Assembly (NCBI GenBank): GCA_012295275.1
Contig: CM022676.1
Span: forward strand, 7,254,001 to 7,318,000
DNA from: Chrysomallon squamiferum
Lineage: Eukaryota; Animalia; Mollusca
Length of the DNA: 64,000 bases
Direction of reading: 5' to 3'
Part shown: positions 1 through 54,173 of the stretch, piece after piece
How positions within the stretch are numbered: position 1 is the stretch's first letter
Layout: every line of letters begins with the position of its first letter
Translations under genes and position numbers: made by a program
Notes under the pieces: model-generated
The model's input: only the letters and a program-made list of their open reading frames with translations
Databases searched by the model: none
Told to the model about the DNA's origin: nothing

Positions 1-1052
1 GAGTTGAATGTCCCGTCAACTGGAAGATGTGTGTGTAATGTTTGGCTTGATTGAGCTGTCGGTTTCTGGGATCAAATCTTCTCACTGGATGTTTAATTAT
101 TTTTTTTAGATTACTTTTTATTTTTTTTTTGTTTTGTTTTGTTTGTTTAGTTGTTTTGTTGTTGTTGTTTTTTTTTTAATTTTTTTTTTTTAATTATTAC
201 TTTTGTTAATACAGTAATAAACATAATAATTCTCTGGTCATTACTATTCCTATTGCTGTCATCATTATTTATTTATTTTTGAGCTGAATATTGTTTTCAT
301 AATACATACAATGTTATTAATTTGTACACACACAGACACAGACACAGACACAAACACACATGCAGACACACATATATATGTACAGACAGACAATCAAACA
401 TAAACATGCAAATGCTAACACACATATAAACAGATTCACAAAGAGATAACTACATATTCATACAAACACATTCTCATACACAAAATAAACAGAAACAAAA
501 AAGGAAAAAGAAAAAGTGAGGGAAGGAAGGATAAAAAAAGAACAAAAAGAAAGAAAAATTATAAAAAATTAATAAAAAGGAAAAAAGAAACTGAAAGTAT
601 GGTAAAAAGAATAAAACGGAAACAAAAAAAAATATGAAAGAAAGAAAAACAAAAGGAATAAAAGAAAGAAAAAAAGGAGTAAAAATCAAGAAAAGAAACA
701 CTTTGGACACTCAATGCGTTGTTCAGCTATGAAACTCAAATCTGATTGATTATTGAGTCTCCTTACCACAGAAGAGCTCCACACTTCTCTTCCCGTTGAT
801 GTGCATGCCTCCTCAAATTGCAGAGCACCAGTCATATTTCATTCACACTGCTGCTCTTGAATTGATAAAAGAATTTTTCTTTTGGCTGAATATGATAACA
901 ATTCAAAGAAGCAATTTGTTTTCCAGTGCTGATGGAATATCTTGCCACTCTGTATAATCACTCTGAATTGCATTGATCAGTACAATGCATTTATCTCTCT
1001 TCCTGAACTCTTCAGAAAAAAAAAAAGAAAAAAAAAAAAAGATCAGTGCAGA

Positions 1053-1320
1053 AATACGGTCAATGAAGTCTAATAGAGTAATCTCCCTTGCACTTCAATT
1101 AAAAAAAAAGAAAAGAGGGAAAGATGTCTGTTGAATTTTTAGTAAGTTCAGTAGAGTGATCTCCCTTTCACTTGTATAAAAGAAAGAAAAGAAATGTCTA
1201 GCCTGAATTACGGTGAATAATGGATAATAGAGTGGTCTCCCTTGCACTTGTATAAAAGAAAAGAAATGTCTAGGCTAAATTGTGTGGTCAATGAAATCTA
1301 ATAGAGTAATCTCCCTTGAA
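1053..1320. repeat. Diverged ~76-bp tandem repeat, 4 copies
   Basis: Core TAGAGTRRTCTCCCTT at 1074, 1152, 1228, 1302. Confidence 0.8.
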
Positions 1321-2425
1321 ATTATTTAAATCTTAGTGCTTGAGTGATGTGAATAGCAGATGAAATTGTCCGTGTGAGTTGAAACTTTTCTGGGTTTTGG
1401 TTAAGCTGCTGGATTTTACTTTGAATTGACACCATTTATGTGGTTATAAATCATGGGCTTTGTGGATAAATTGCTGAATATTATTTTTATTGTTAAATTT
1501 TTATTTTTTTATATTTTTTAAAATTTTTTTATTTGATTCTTTTGAATTATTCAGTTTTGTTTTTTTTCTGATTTTTGGATTTGTTTTCAAAATAGGGATT
1601 GAAAGAGATTGTGTGAAAATTAAGTGATTTAAAATAAATGATATTGTGTGGCAGTGTTTAAGCTCTTGAAATTTTTTTCTTCTTTCTTTCAGAGTGTTTT
1701 ATTTTTTCTAATTTTCTTTTATATCTTTCATTACATTCTTTATATTATTATTATTATTTTTGGTTATTTCATTTTTAACCCCAATCTTCCAAAATTTTTT
1801 GTTCAAGCTGAATTTATGTGTGTACATTAGCATGTTTAAACTGTGGATGGGAATATTACTGAAACAGAGAAACATATTCAAAGCTGTTTTCTTTTTTTCT
1901 TTTTGTCTTAATAAATGACAACAGCAGCAACAAAAGTGTTATTAATAATAATGACTAGCATCCATTGGAATACTGTAGTAAAAAAATGTTTTCAGTTAAT
2001 ATTTAATAGAAATATAATTTTTTTGTTAACAAATATAAATATTGTGTGAATTGTTTATATATATATATATAAACTGTGACCAAGTTTTAGACATAGAGAT
2101 AATATTATAAAAACATATACACACATATAACACACATATACACACACAAACACACATAAAACCCAAAACGTACAAAACAAGAGAAAATAACAAACTCCAA
2201 AACATATACTCACACACCACATAAATTCCAGTAGACATACAGATATATATAAACACACTCACACACACACATTTCAAAACACACACAAACACAAAAACAC
2301 ACACACACACAGACATAATACACTTACAGATTCAGACACATATATTCACACCACTATTTGAACCCAGAACATACTAAAACCATTCCATTGTTAATTTCGT
2401 TATTTTTCTTTTTCACATTTTCCAG

Positions 2426-44903
<42,478 letters not shown>

Positions 44904-45303
44904 TGTTTGTAGAGGAAACCTTTTTTTTTTTTTTTTTTTTTTTTTTTCTTCTTCTGAAATCAAATTTACTTAGTTACCAGACGTTAAGAAACGAGAGTTT
45001 ATATTTGTACATACTGTGAATTATGGGAAATCGTTTGTGAAGTGTTTTTTTTTTTTTTTTTTTTTTGTATAGTAAGGGAGATAACTTAGTAAACATCCAT
45101 CTCCCTCCGATGCTAGCCAAGATGAATAAATGTGATGTAATAGGTTATTAATGGACGTTTCTTAGTCGTAGAATAAAATTTGATTTAGTCTGAAGTCAAA
45201 ACATATCCATAGAGGCGAGCCTAATATTACATATCATTCAGCATAATAATTATTTAAATGTTGCAGTATTGTTGAACCAAATCCAAGTATCCATTGACCA
45301 TAA

Positions 45304-45459
<156 letters not shown>

Positions 45460-46577
45460 ATATGTATAGAAATAAAATGAATTTAGAAAAAAGATGTTCT
45501 AACAAGTTATATTCTATTTTCAATAAAACTACTAAACTACTAAACTACTGGTAATGCTACTACCACCACTACTTCCATACTACTACTACTGTCACCACTT
45601 TTACTACCACCACCACTACTGTCACCACTTTTATTACTACTATAGCTGCTGCTACTACTACCACCACAGAAACTACTGCTACTGTTTCTTTTCTTCTTCT
45701 TGTTCTTCTTTTTTCTTCTACTTTTCTTTATTTAGTATTCAATTTTTTTTTTTTCCAGTAGCGATATCATTAAATACCACACCAAACACGAAATATCTCT
45801 TTTCTGATAACTTTTCGAGTTACTCACATTAAATAATTTAAACTGATATAATAACGTACCTGATATTTCTAGTTATTACTTGTTTATTCAGTCTATACGT
45901 ATGTCATAAAAGTAACGGAGAAATTATGAGTTTGTTCAGGTTACATGTATGTTATGCAAGTACCGGAAAAAAACGTTGTTACGGTCAATGGATCCTAGTA
46001 TTGTTACTCCTAACCTCCACCATCCCCATCGCCCCCATACCCACGCCCCCATCCCAACGCCCCCCAATCCCTACTAATCTGTCTCATTGTCATCACAACA
46101 GTATTCACAAAATCGCAGCCATTTTTGTTAATCAACATTTTGTTTCCATTATTTTTATTTTATGTGTTGCCATCTAGAAACGTTCCAGGGTATTTATTTA
46201 TTTATTTATTTATTTATTTATTATTATTATTTTTTTTTTTCGATTTTTGTAAACTGCAATTTTAGTTTGTTTCGTAGAACCCAGTCCTGTACTTTACAAA
46301 AATCAAAGATCGTTTTGATACGTCGTGTAAGACATATTGCTTTTTTTTTGCAGAAAAATGTTGAGTAAATAGCTTAGAGACTTACGCATTAGTTGATTAT
46401 GGCATAATTTGCCGTCAGCCGTAGACGCTTTTTTTAGGCAGAGACGTAATTAATAGAGATGGTCGTAAAGTGTTGGATTGAAGATTTGGGTTTAAACTAT
46501 ATTACTGGTTCGATCTAGACTATACTTTGAAAACAATAAATAAATAAATACATAGTTTGTAAGATGTCACTTTAAAC

Positions 46578-46611
<34 letters not shown>

Positions 46612-48047
46612 AATAATGTTTCTGCATTGCGATTCCACGTGACGTCATTATTAACATTTTCGTCATCTTTCTGTTTTGTTACTTTTCGTTTAAAAAAATG
46701 GACGATATCTGAGAACTGGATACTGAAATAATAACGGAAATTGTTACGTAAAATTTTTTTTTTTGTTTGTTTACTGGAGCATTTGATATGATTTATTAGG
46801 ATCTGACAACAATAATGTCGTCATAACCCGAATCTTGTTTAAAGAATTGGAATGAACGTAATAAATGGAATAAATAGTAGATTGAAGCTTACGTATCTTT
46901 TGAAGTATCCATTAACGTAGTTAGTGTCTGTGCTTAACTAAATCGCTTTGTTTGTTAAAGAATGGAAACCTGAATTTTAAATGAGAAAAATATAAGTGCA
47001 ACGATTTTTTAGTATGTGTATAAATTGGAAACTATTGCATATCATGATTCAAGCGTTGTTATCTCACCCCTGTTTTTTTGCGGGTGACAAATACAATTGT
47101 TACTGCATATCAATATTATTGACTGAATGTCCATCATCTTCGTATTTGTATACCACTGACAATTTAATGGTCGAATTGTACTTTTATACTTACATTCAGT
47201 GGTGTTTTTTTCATATGTATATTTGCTATTACGAATGAAAAAGTTTGTATTCCGTTAACGTATCGTCAAATGTATGTTAATTAATTATGCATAATTTGTA
47301 TGTTTGGAGTCGTTAGATAATAAGTTTTGTTTGTTTCATTGTTTGTTTTAGTGTTTTTGTTTGTTATTTTGTTTCTATGTTGATTTAAACAAGGCTTGTT
47401 TTTTGTTTTAATGTAAGTATTTTCGTTTCTATTCGAGAAAGAATAATTTACTAATGTTGATATTATTTAAACATATATGACGGTAATCTTAGCAACATTT
47501 TATAAAACACTTCGATCACTTTTTAAATTTTTTTCCTGAATAAATAAATAAATAAGCATACGTACCACACAACTGAGAGGTATAGAGATAAATATCTACG
47601 TCAGTTGCTTGGAAATCGGCCAACGTCATTGTAAAGTTTATGACGTTATGTGCATTATTTCGTCATAATTATTTTGTTTTACTCGTTTTATTTTGTTGTT
47701 TTTTAAACTGTAAAATGTAATATGTGACGGAAGGTTCGGAATTTATGATTACATTATTATTATTATTATTATTGATATGTTTTCTGCAAAGATACTAATA
47801 GCGCAATAGTACCCTCTTATTATTATTATTATTATTATTTGCATTTGACGTATTTTCAGACTACTTAAACTTACAAAAGGCAGCATTTACTTACATTAAT
47901 GTTAAGCTATTTATAATTAATGTGAAAGTAAATGAAAATTAGATCGACATAAATGTTTTTAAAACAGTACGCAATTTACTCACACAATTGACTTCTCTAC
48001 GCAGTTAAACATTATCAAGAAGTTGTCTCACCTTACCGGAAGTAGCA

Positions 48048-48089
<42 letters not shown>

Positions 48090-48582
48090 GAGAATAATGG
48101 ACATTTTATTTTATTTTATATTTTTGTTGTTTTATTGTTTTTATTCTGTGGAACAGTATCGATCCAGCAGAAATCAGTGTTGACCGTGGTGATGAAATAA
48201 AATATTCAATGTCAAGGACGCTTTAAACATTAAAATTTTCCAGTTGTACTTAAAACGTACACAATTAAATAATTTAATTTAATATCAACGTAACAAAAGT
48301 TCTTAAATAATTAATTAACATATTTTATAATTAATACACCCACCGATCGATTAATTTTGTGTTTTATAAAACGCGTTTTCCTCCTGTACATTCCATTATG
48401 TAACGAAGGGGCCAGTCATGGAACGAAAGTTTTATAATGAATTAATGTTTTTGTTTTGTTTTGTTTTTGTAATTTGTTTTATTAATCATTGTAGATAAGT
48501 GTTATATAAACTTTCTGAGTGCGTCTGATATGTTGATTGGTGCATAACTAATAATTATTTGTGAGAATGTAAAACATTATTG

Positions 48583-48594
48583 TGCGCATGCGCA
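48583..48594. promoter_or_regulatory. NRF1/Ewg consensus palindrome TGCGCATGCGCA
   Basis: Exact consensus match; reverse CCAAT box (ATTGG) at 48536-48540; function untested. Confidence 0.45.
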
Positions 48595-49062
48595 AGTGAA
48601 TTGCGTACGCGTTGTTAATCATATATCTTTTCTTTTTTTTGTGATGATAATGATAATAATGACGATTATTATTATTATTAAGTACACAAGTGTATGTAAG
48701 GGTACCAAATAGATGTTTTCTAAGTGCTCAAATTACACCAAGAAATAAAATGATCCTATTTTCTAAGAATTTTGTTTTTGTTTATTTATTGCTATTAAAA
48801 TGGCTCGTCAATTCAATGCATGAAATTTGCAAAGAAACTTGAGAATATCCGCTTATACTCGGTACTGTTCATTACGATGACAACATTATGTAAAATTCAA
48901 AAATACAAAATATTCAAAAAACGGACAAATTTGTATTGTCCGATAAGTTAGGTAATTATTAAGATTTATATTTAGCATCTGGAACGAAAAACAATACATG
49001 TATTTCTTTAAAAACATTTGTTTTGAATAAGAATACAAAATTAAAAAATGATGGAAAAAATA

Positions 49063-49134
49063 GGGCTTGTCCGGGATTCGAACCCGGGACCTCTCGCACC
49101 CTAAGCGAGAATCATACCCCTAGACCAACAAGCC
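49063..49134 (-). tRNA. tRNA-Pro(AGG)
   Basis: Reverse complement GGCTTGTTGGTCTAGGGGTATGATTCTCGCTT-AGG-GTGCGAGAGGTCCCGGGTTCGAATCCCGGACAAGCCC; 72 nt, A and B boxes intact, T6 terminator follows. Confidence 0.96.
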
Positions 49135-49524
49135 AGTTACGTGGTTGTGAACCACCTAATGTATTTCTAGTCTCAGATTTTCTTTATAATCTTGCTGCTG
49201 TTGCCAAGATTAACGATTTTTAACAATACAACAATACATTGCCACATGTAACTTACTAATTCATTAAATTTCTTTTTCTGTTCATTTTTTTTTTTTTTAA
49301 ATGTTTTAATCATTCTGTCCCGTGCTGTCATTATCAGACAATTTTTTTGTAGATTTTTAAAATAGTTTATGTAACCGTGCTTTACAAAGGGTGTGTCAGA
49401 CAAATTGTAATTAATGACTGAGAAACGTGTCACCTTTTCGTCTGCTGTTGCTTTATAATTTTCTGAGTAGTTGGTAATTTTGTTGATTATGTTAGTAGTG
49501 TTTGCTAATAATAATTTGAAATAA

Positions 49525-49574
<50 letters not shown>

Positions 49575-49610
49575 TGAATAAATAAAAATAATTAGATTGT
49601 TAACTAATGT

Positions 49611-49682
49611 GGCTTGTTGGTCTAGGGGTATGATTCTCGCTTTGGGTGCGAGAGGTCTCGGGTTCGAATCCCGGACAAGCCC
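49611..49682 (+). tRNA. tRNA-Pro(TGG)
   Basis: 72-nt Pro body, anticodon arm CTCGC-TT-TGG-GT-GCGAG, U-G wobble at the T-stem base, T-run about 6 nt downstream. Confidence 0.95.
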
Positions 49683-50069
49683 TACTGTTTTACTATTATT
49701 TTCGTTTAACAAAACCTTCAGATGATCTACCTGTATTTCTAAACAAATGAAATTAAAATATTTCGACTAAAATAACATTATCTATGTTCAGAAAAAAGGA
49801 TAATGTTTAAAATACGTTTTATATGTAAAGTTATGATATCAGTAACGTTACGGTTAAAATTAAAATTCGGCTTTGCAAAGTTAACGATATTTATTTAAAA
49901 AAAAAAATTTGCTATAAAAATAAAAAATAATATGGTCCATATTAGGATAGAACTTGAAAAGCTTTTATTAAAAAAAAAAATAAAAATAAAAAATAAAAAT
50001 ACTTTAATTTCATTTGTTTAGGAAAAATAGAATTTAGATCATCTGAAAACAAAAAAAAAAAATTAAAAT

Positions 50070-50115
50070 AGCTTAATCTGGAGATTCGAACTAATAAGAC
50101 CTCTTTTAGGCGAAA
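50070..50115 (-). pseudogene. Highly decayed tRNA-Pro remnant
   Basis: gcttaatctggagattcgaac...gacctc...taggcgaaa resembles the minus-strand gcttgtccgggattcgaac...gacctc...taagcgaga; preceded by an inverted copy of the 3' flank of tRNA 49611. Confidence 0.45.
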
Positions 50116-50181
50116 TACTTGAATTTCATTTGTTTAGAAAAATAAGATAGATCATCTGAATTTAATTCTTTTTATTTATTC

Positions 50182-50239
50182 GAATTCGAACCCAGACCCA
50201 CCACGCACACAACACGAGAATCGCACCCATAGACCAACA
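50182..50239 (-). pseudogene. tRNA-Pro pseudogene
   Basis: gaattcgaacccagacccaccacgcacacaacacgagaatcgcacccatagaccaaca aligns with ggattcgaacccgggacctctcgcaccctaagcgagaatcatacccctagaccaaca; stems and anticodon disrupted. Confidence 0.75.
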
Positions 50240-50680
50240 TACACACGCACACTGAATTTAGTTTTCATTTCGAATTATAATTAACAAACACGTTCATTTC
50301 GAATTATAATTAACAAATAGTTGAAATACTATTAAAACCACAGACATCAACAGCAAGGCATGTCCGAACAACATTGTCAAGTAAACGGCTGGTTCGGTCT
50401 AATCATAACTGTTTCTATGTTAATAATGCATGAACGGTGAATTAGTTTGCTATCCAGTGATCCTACAAACATTAATATATTCCATTTTCATTCATCACAG
50501 GATTGACAAATTATTAAACTATCGACGCGGAAATCCCAGGATCTATAATTAGACGTGAGGCGCGGCGGTGGGCAGTGAATAACTAAACAATCGAGACTTG
50601 GTGTTGACCACGGTCGATTCCGCACCTCACGATACATTCGGAACACCTCGTACATTTCTATGAAATATAAACAAGTAACT

Positions 50681-50752
50681 GGCTTGTTGGTCTAGGGGTA
50701 TGATTCTCGCTTAGGGTGCGAGAGGTCCCGGGTTCGAATCCCGGACAAGCCC
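50681..50752 (+). tRNA. tRNA-Pro(AGG)
   Basis: Same sequence as the 49063 copy; TTTT and T7 immediately downstream. Confidence 0.96.
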
Positions 50753-51533
50753 TAATTTTATTTTTTTATTTGCAAAAATATTAAATGGATGTAAGGTTAT
50801 AAAATGTTATTGTTTTTTTGTTTTTGTTTTTTTAACGTCAACATTATATTTTTCCTATATATTGCTGATTTTAATTTTTTTATATATCAATAAACTTCAG
50901 ATAATTATAATTCTTCAAAAATTTTAATTTCAATTTAAAACTGGTATAAAATGACTATGGCTGCTTTATTTTCAGAAATGAACATAGAAAGACTTTTGAC
51001 GTCAGAGAGATAATTGACAGATATTAAATTGAACAGCAAAGGAATATTGTTAAAATAATGAAAAAAAACTTAATTTTTTTTTGTATACCTTACAGGTCAT
51101 GATCAGTAATCCATTTCTGGCGTGTATACCTTACAGTTTACACTCATTAACCCATTTCCGGTGTCAACATCCGGTTCTAAATCTAATTTAATCCCTATTT
51201 GTTAAAGCTTACAATACAAAGAGTTTTCAATGCATTAAGACCAGATAACTATTTTTTTTTGAAAGATAATTTAATATAACACTTAAAGATACCCACTTTG
51301 AAAAGCAACCAGATATTAATTTTAGGATAGTATGCTATGTCACAGCTATTTGGTAATATATGTAATAATCATATATAGAGAAAGTAGTTATATTACTGTA
51401 CATAGGAACTGGACAAATTCGTTTTCTTTTAATTTCTTCCTTTATGGCGTATGAGTGAAATAACTGTAGAATTAATGAAGCAGCAGCAACAACAACAATA
51501 AAATAATATCAATAATAACATTAATATCAATAA

Positions 51534-51574
<41 letters not shown>

Positions 51575-51743
51575 ATAGCAGTAATAATAGTTCTAGTAGT
51601 AGTAGTAGTTTTATTATACTTATTAATTATTTATAAATATCCATCAACTGAGTTCCAACAAAAGATATTCCACATATTGGACATGACGTAATGACTTTAT
51701 CATGACGCAACATCATTTCCTTGGTTACGTTTGTTTGGCACAA

Positions 51744-51862
51744 TTATCTGTTTGCTTCTTTTAATGCAGTCGTAAAATGGTCAATATGTTTTTCATTACA
51801 AATTTTGTCAAAACGTTCATTCTGCTCAACTGTAAACCAGTTTTTCCATTCGTCCGTCGTTC
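51744..51862 (-). CDS. Sulfotransferase coding exon 6
   Basis: [39 protein letters not shown]-stop, ttttcag acceptor. Confidence 0.9.
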
Positions 51863-52035
51863 CTGAAAATAAGTAGATAAGTCTGTTGAACTATTATGAC
51901 GTCATAAAGAAACAATGGTTAGGCGAGGACAGGTATTTCTTTCATTATTAATTAATTTATTAGTATTCTTATGTTAAATTATTTCTCTAATTTATTTTCC
52001 TTTTCAGTACATTTTGAAATATGGCATTAGAAATA

Positions 52036-52067
<32 letters not shown>

Positions 52068-52580
52068 AATAAATAAATATATACATACATAACAGAAAAA
52101 AACCACAACAACAACAAAAATTATAAATAATGCGCTAAATTTGATTATTTAATAGGACTTTGTTGATATTGAGATATTTTTTAAAACCTTTTCTGAAGTA
52201 TTTCGGAGCGCCATCTTCCATCGTAGCGTATTTTGAATCTTTGTTTACGTGCGCGTTTTTCAGTTTCTCGAAACTGCAGGCGTCAACAATTTGTTCAATA
52301 GTGTCGTCTGCCAGGTCAATTTCTAGAAACTTCGCTATTTTCTTCGTTTCCGCTACAGAGTTCTAGATAATTCCCATAAAGTAAGAATAATAATAATAAT
52401 AATAGCAACAACAACAACAACAACAGCACAAACAACAATAATAACAACAGAAAAAGATTAATTAAAATTAAAACTAAAATTATGTAATATTAAAATATAT
52501 CAACGATAAATTAAATTAAATTAATAAAAAACGAACATAATAATAAAAAATAATATACAATTTATAAAGGGAAATATTAA

Positions 52581-52653
<73 letters not shown>

Positions 52654-53200
52654 GAAATGACAATTTGAATTAGAGCAACAAAACAAATAAAAATAAAAGA
52701 ATAGAATTGTCCGTAAAAAAAAAAACAAATGTAGATAACTGGCTTGTTGGTCTAGGGGTATGATTCTCGCTTAGGGTGCGAGAGGTCCCGGGTTCGAATC
52801 CCGGACAAGCCCTCTTTTTCTAAATAATTTTGTTTTGTTGTTCTTTTTTCGCAGTATCAATAAATTATTTACAGCTTATTAAGTAAGACTCAATTATTAT
52901 AATAAAATGAATTAAGAAACAGAAAATTAGTACTCAAACAAACAAACCACAATACTACTACTACTAATATTTAAAACATAAATAAAGAAAATTAATTAAT
53001 AAAGACATAAAGAAATTTAATAATAATAATAAAAAAAAATAAACTATGAGAAGACAAAAACATTAAAAAGCAAAAAAGGAAGACGAAATAAAAATTAGCT
53101 ATTAGATCACTACGACAATAACTGGCTTGTTGGTCTAGGGGTATGATTCTCGCTTAGGGTGCGAGAGGTCCCGGGTTCAAATCCCGGACAAGCCCGACTG

Positions 53201-53232
<32 letters not shown>

Positions 53233-54111
53233 TGTTCTTTCTTTCACTGACTTGTTTCAGATCTTCATAAAAGACAAACAGTAAAGGTAAATCCGGGTTT
53301 TCTTTGTGTACTTTCCTCCAGTCATGATAAACATCAAACCAAGAACCGTAAGGAACTGAAATACAAAACATCTCTCTTTAATAAATGTCAAAGTGTGATA
53401 ACAGATATACAGCGAATAAACAAACAAATAAATAAATAAAGACACATGATCACACAAATATACATAAACAAACACATAAGTTATATATATTCATACAAAC
53501 ATACATGTGCACATACATGCTTATGAGCATACATCAGTAAATTCACTCATATACACATATATATATATAATACATACATCCATCCATACATATTCAAATA
53601 CATACATGCATACACATTCAGACGTACATACATAAGATAATCCTTTGTTTATTTATAAAAATCGCGCCACCCAAGTACCAATAATGAATCTCTGAATCAT
53701 ATAATATATGATTCACCTTTGCCGTTCAGAAACATGTTCAGAAATTGTGGCCAATCAACGCCCTCCTTCAGCTGTTTCCGGTCTCTGAGATGATTTAGCA
53801 ATGACACGCAAACTGATTTGGGATTTCTTTCTACGTAGATGATTCGACATTTTTTTTCCTTGACTTGCTTTGGTAGAAACTGAAACCTTCGTGATAAAGA
53901 AAATGGATAAAATATAACCAGTGACAAATATACATTGGAATATAAAAAGTTTGTTTCATTTTTGATAATACATTTAAATTTAAAGTGCCATTTTCATGAG
54001 GAATGTAATTTAATTACGATTCAGTAGTATTTGCATGTTACATACAGAAAATTATACATGGCCTTTTAAATTATGATTTCTTAAATGCTTTTTTAGTTTT
54101 GCTTATAAATT

Positions 54112-54173
<62 letters not shown>

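Noticed and set aside
49023-49712. ORFs containing [12 protein letters not shown] and [13 protein letters not shown]
   Set aside because: Antisense translations of tRNA-Pro genes.
52160-52366. + strand 68-aa ORF, and similar ORFs opposite turtle exons (25861-26138, 26794-27097, 43853-44071)
   Set aside because: Antisense shadows of real exons.
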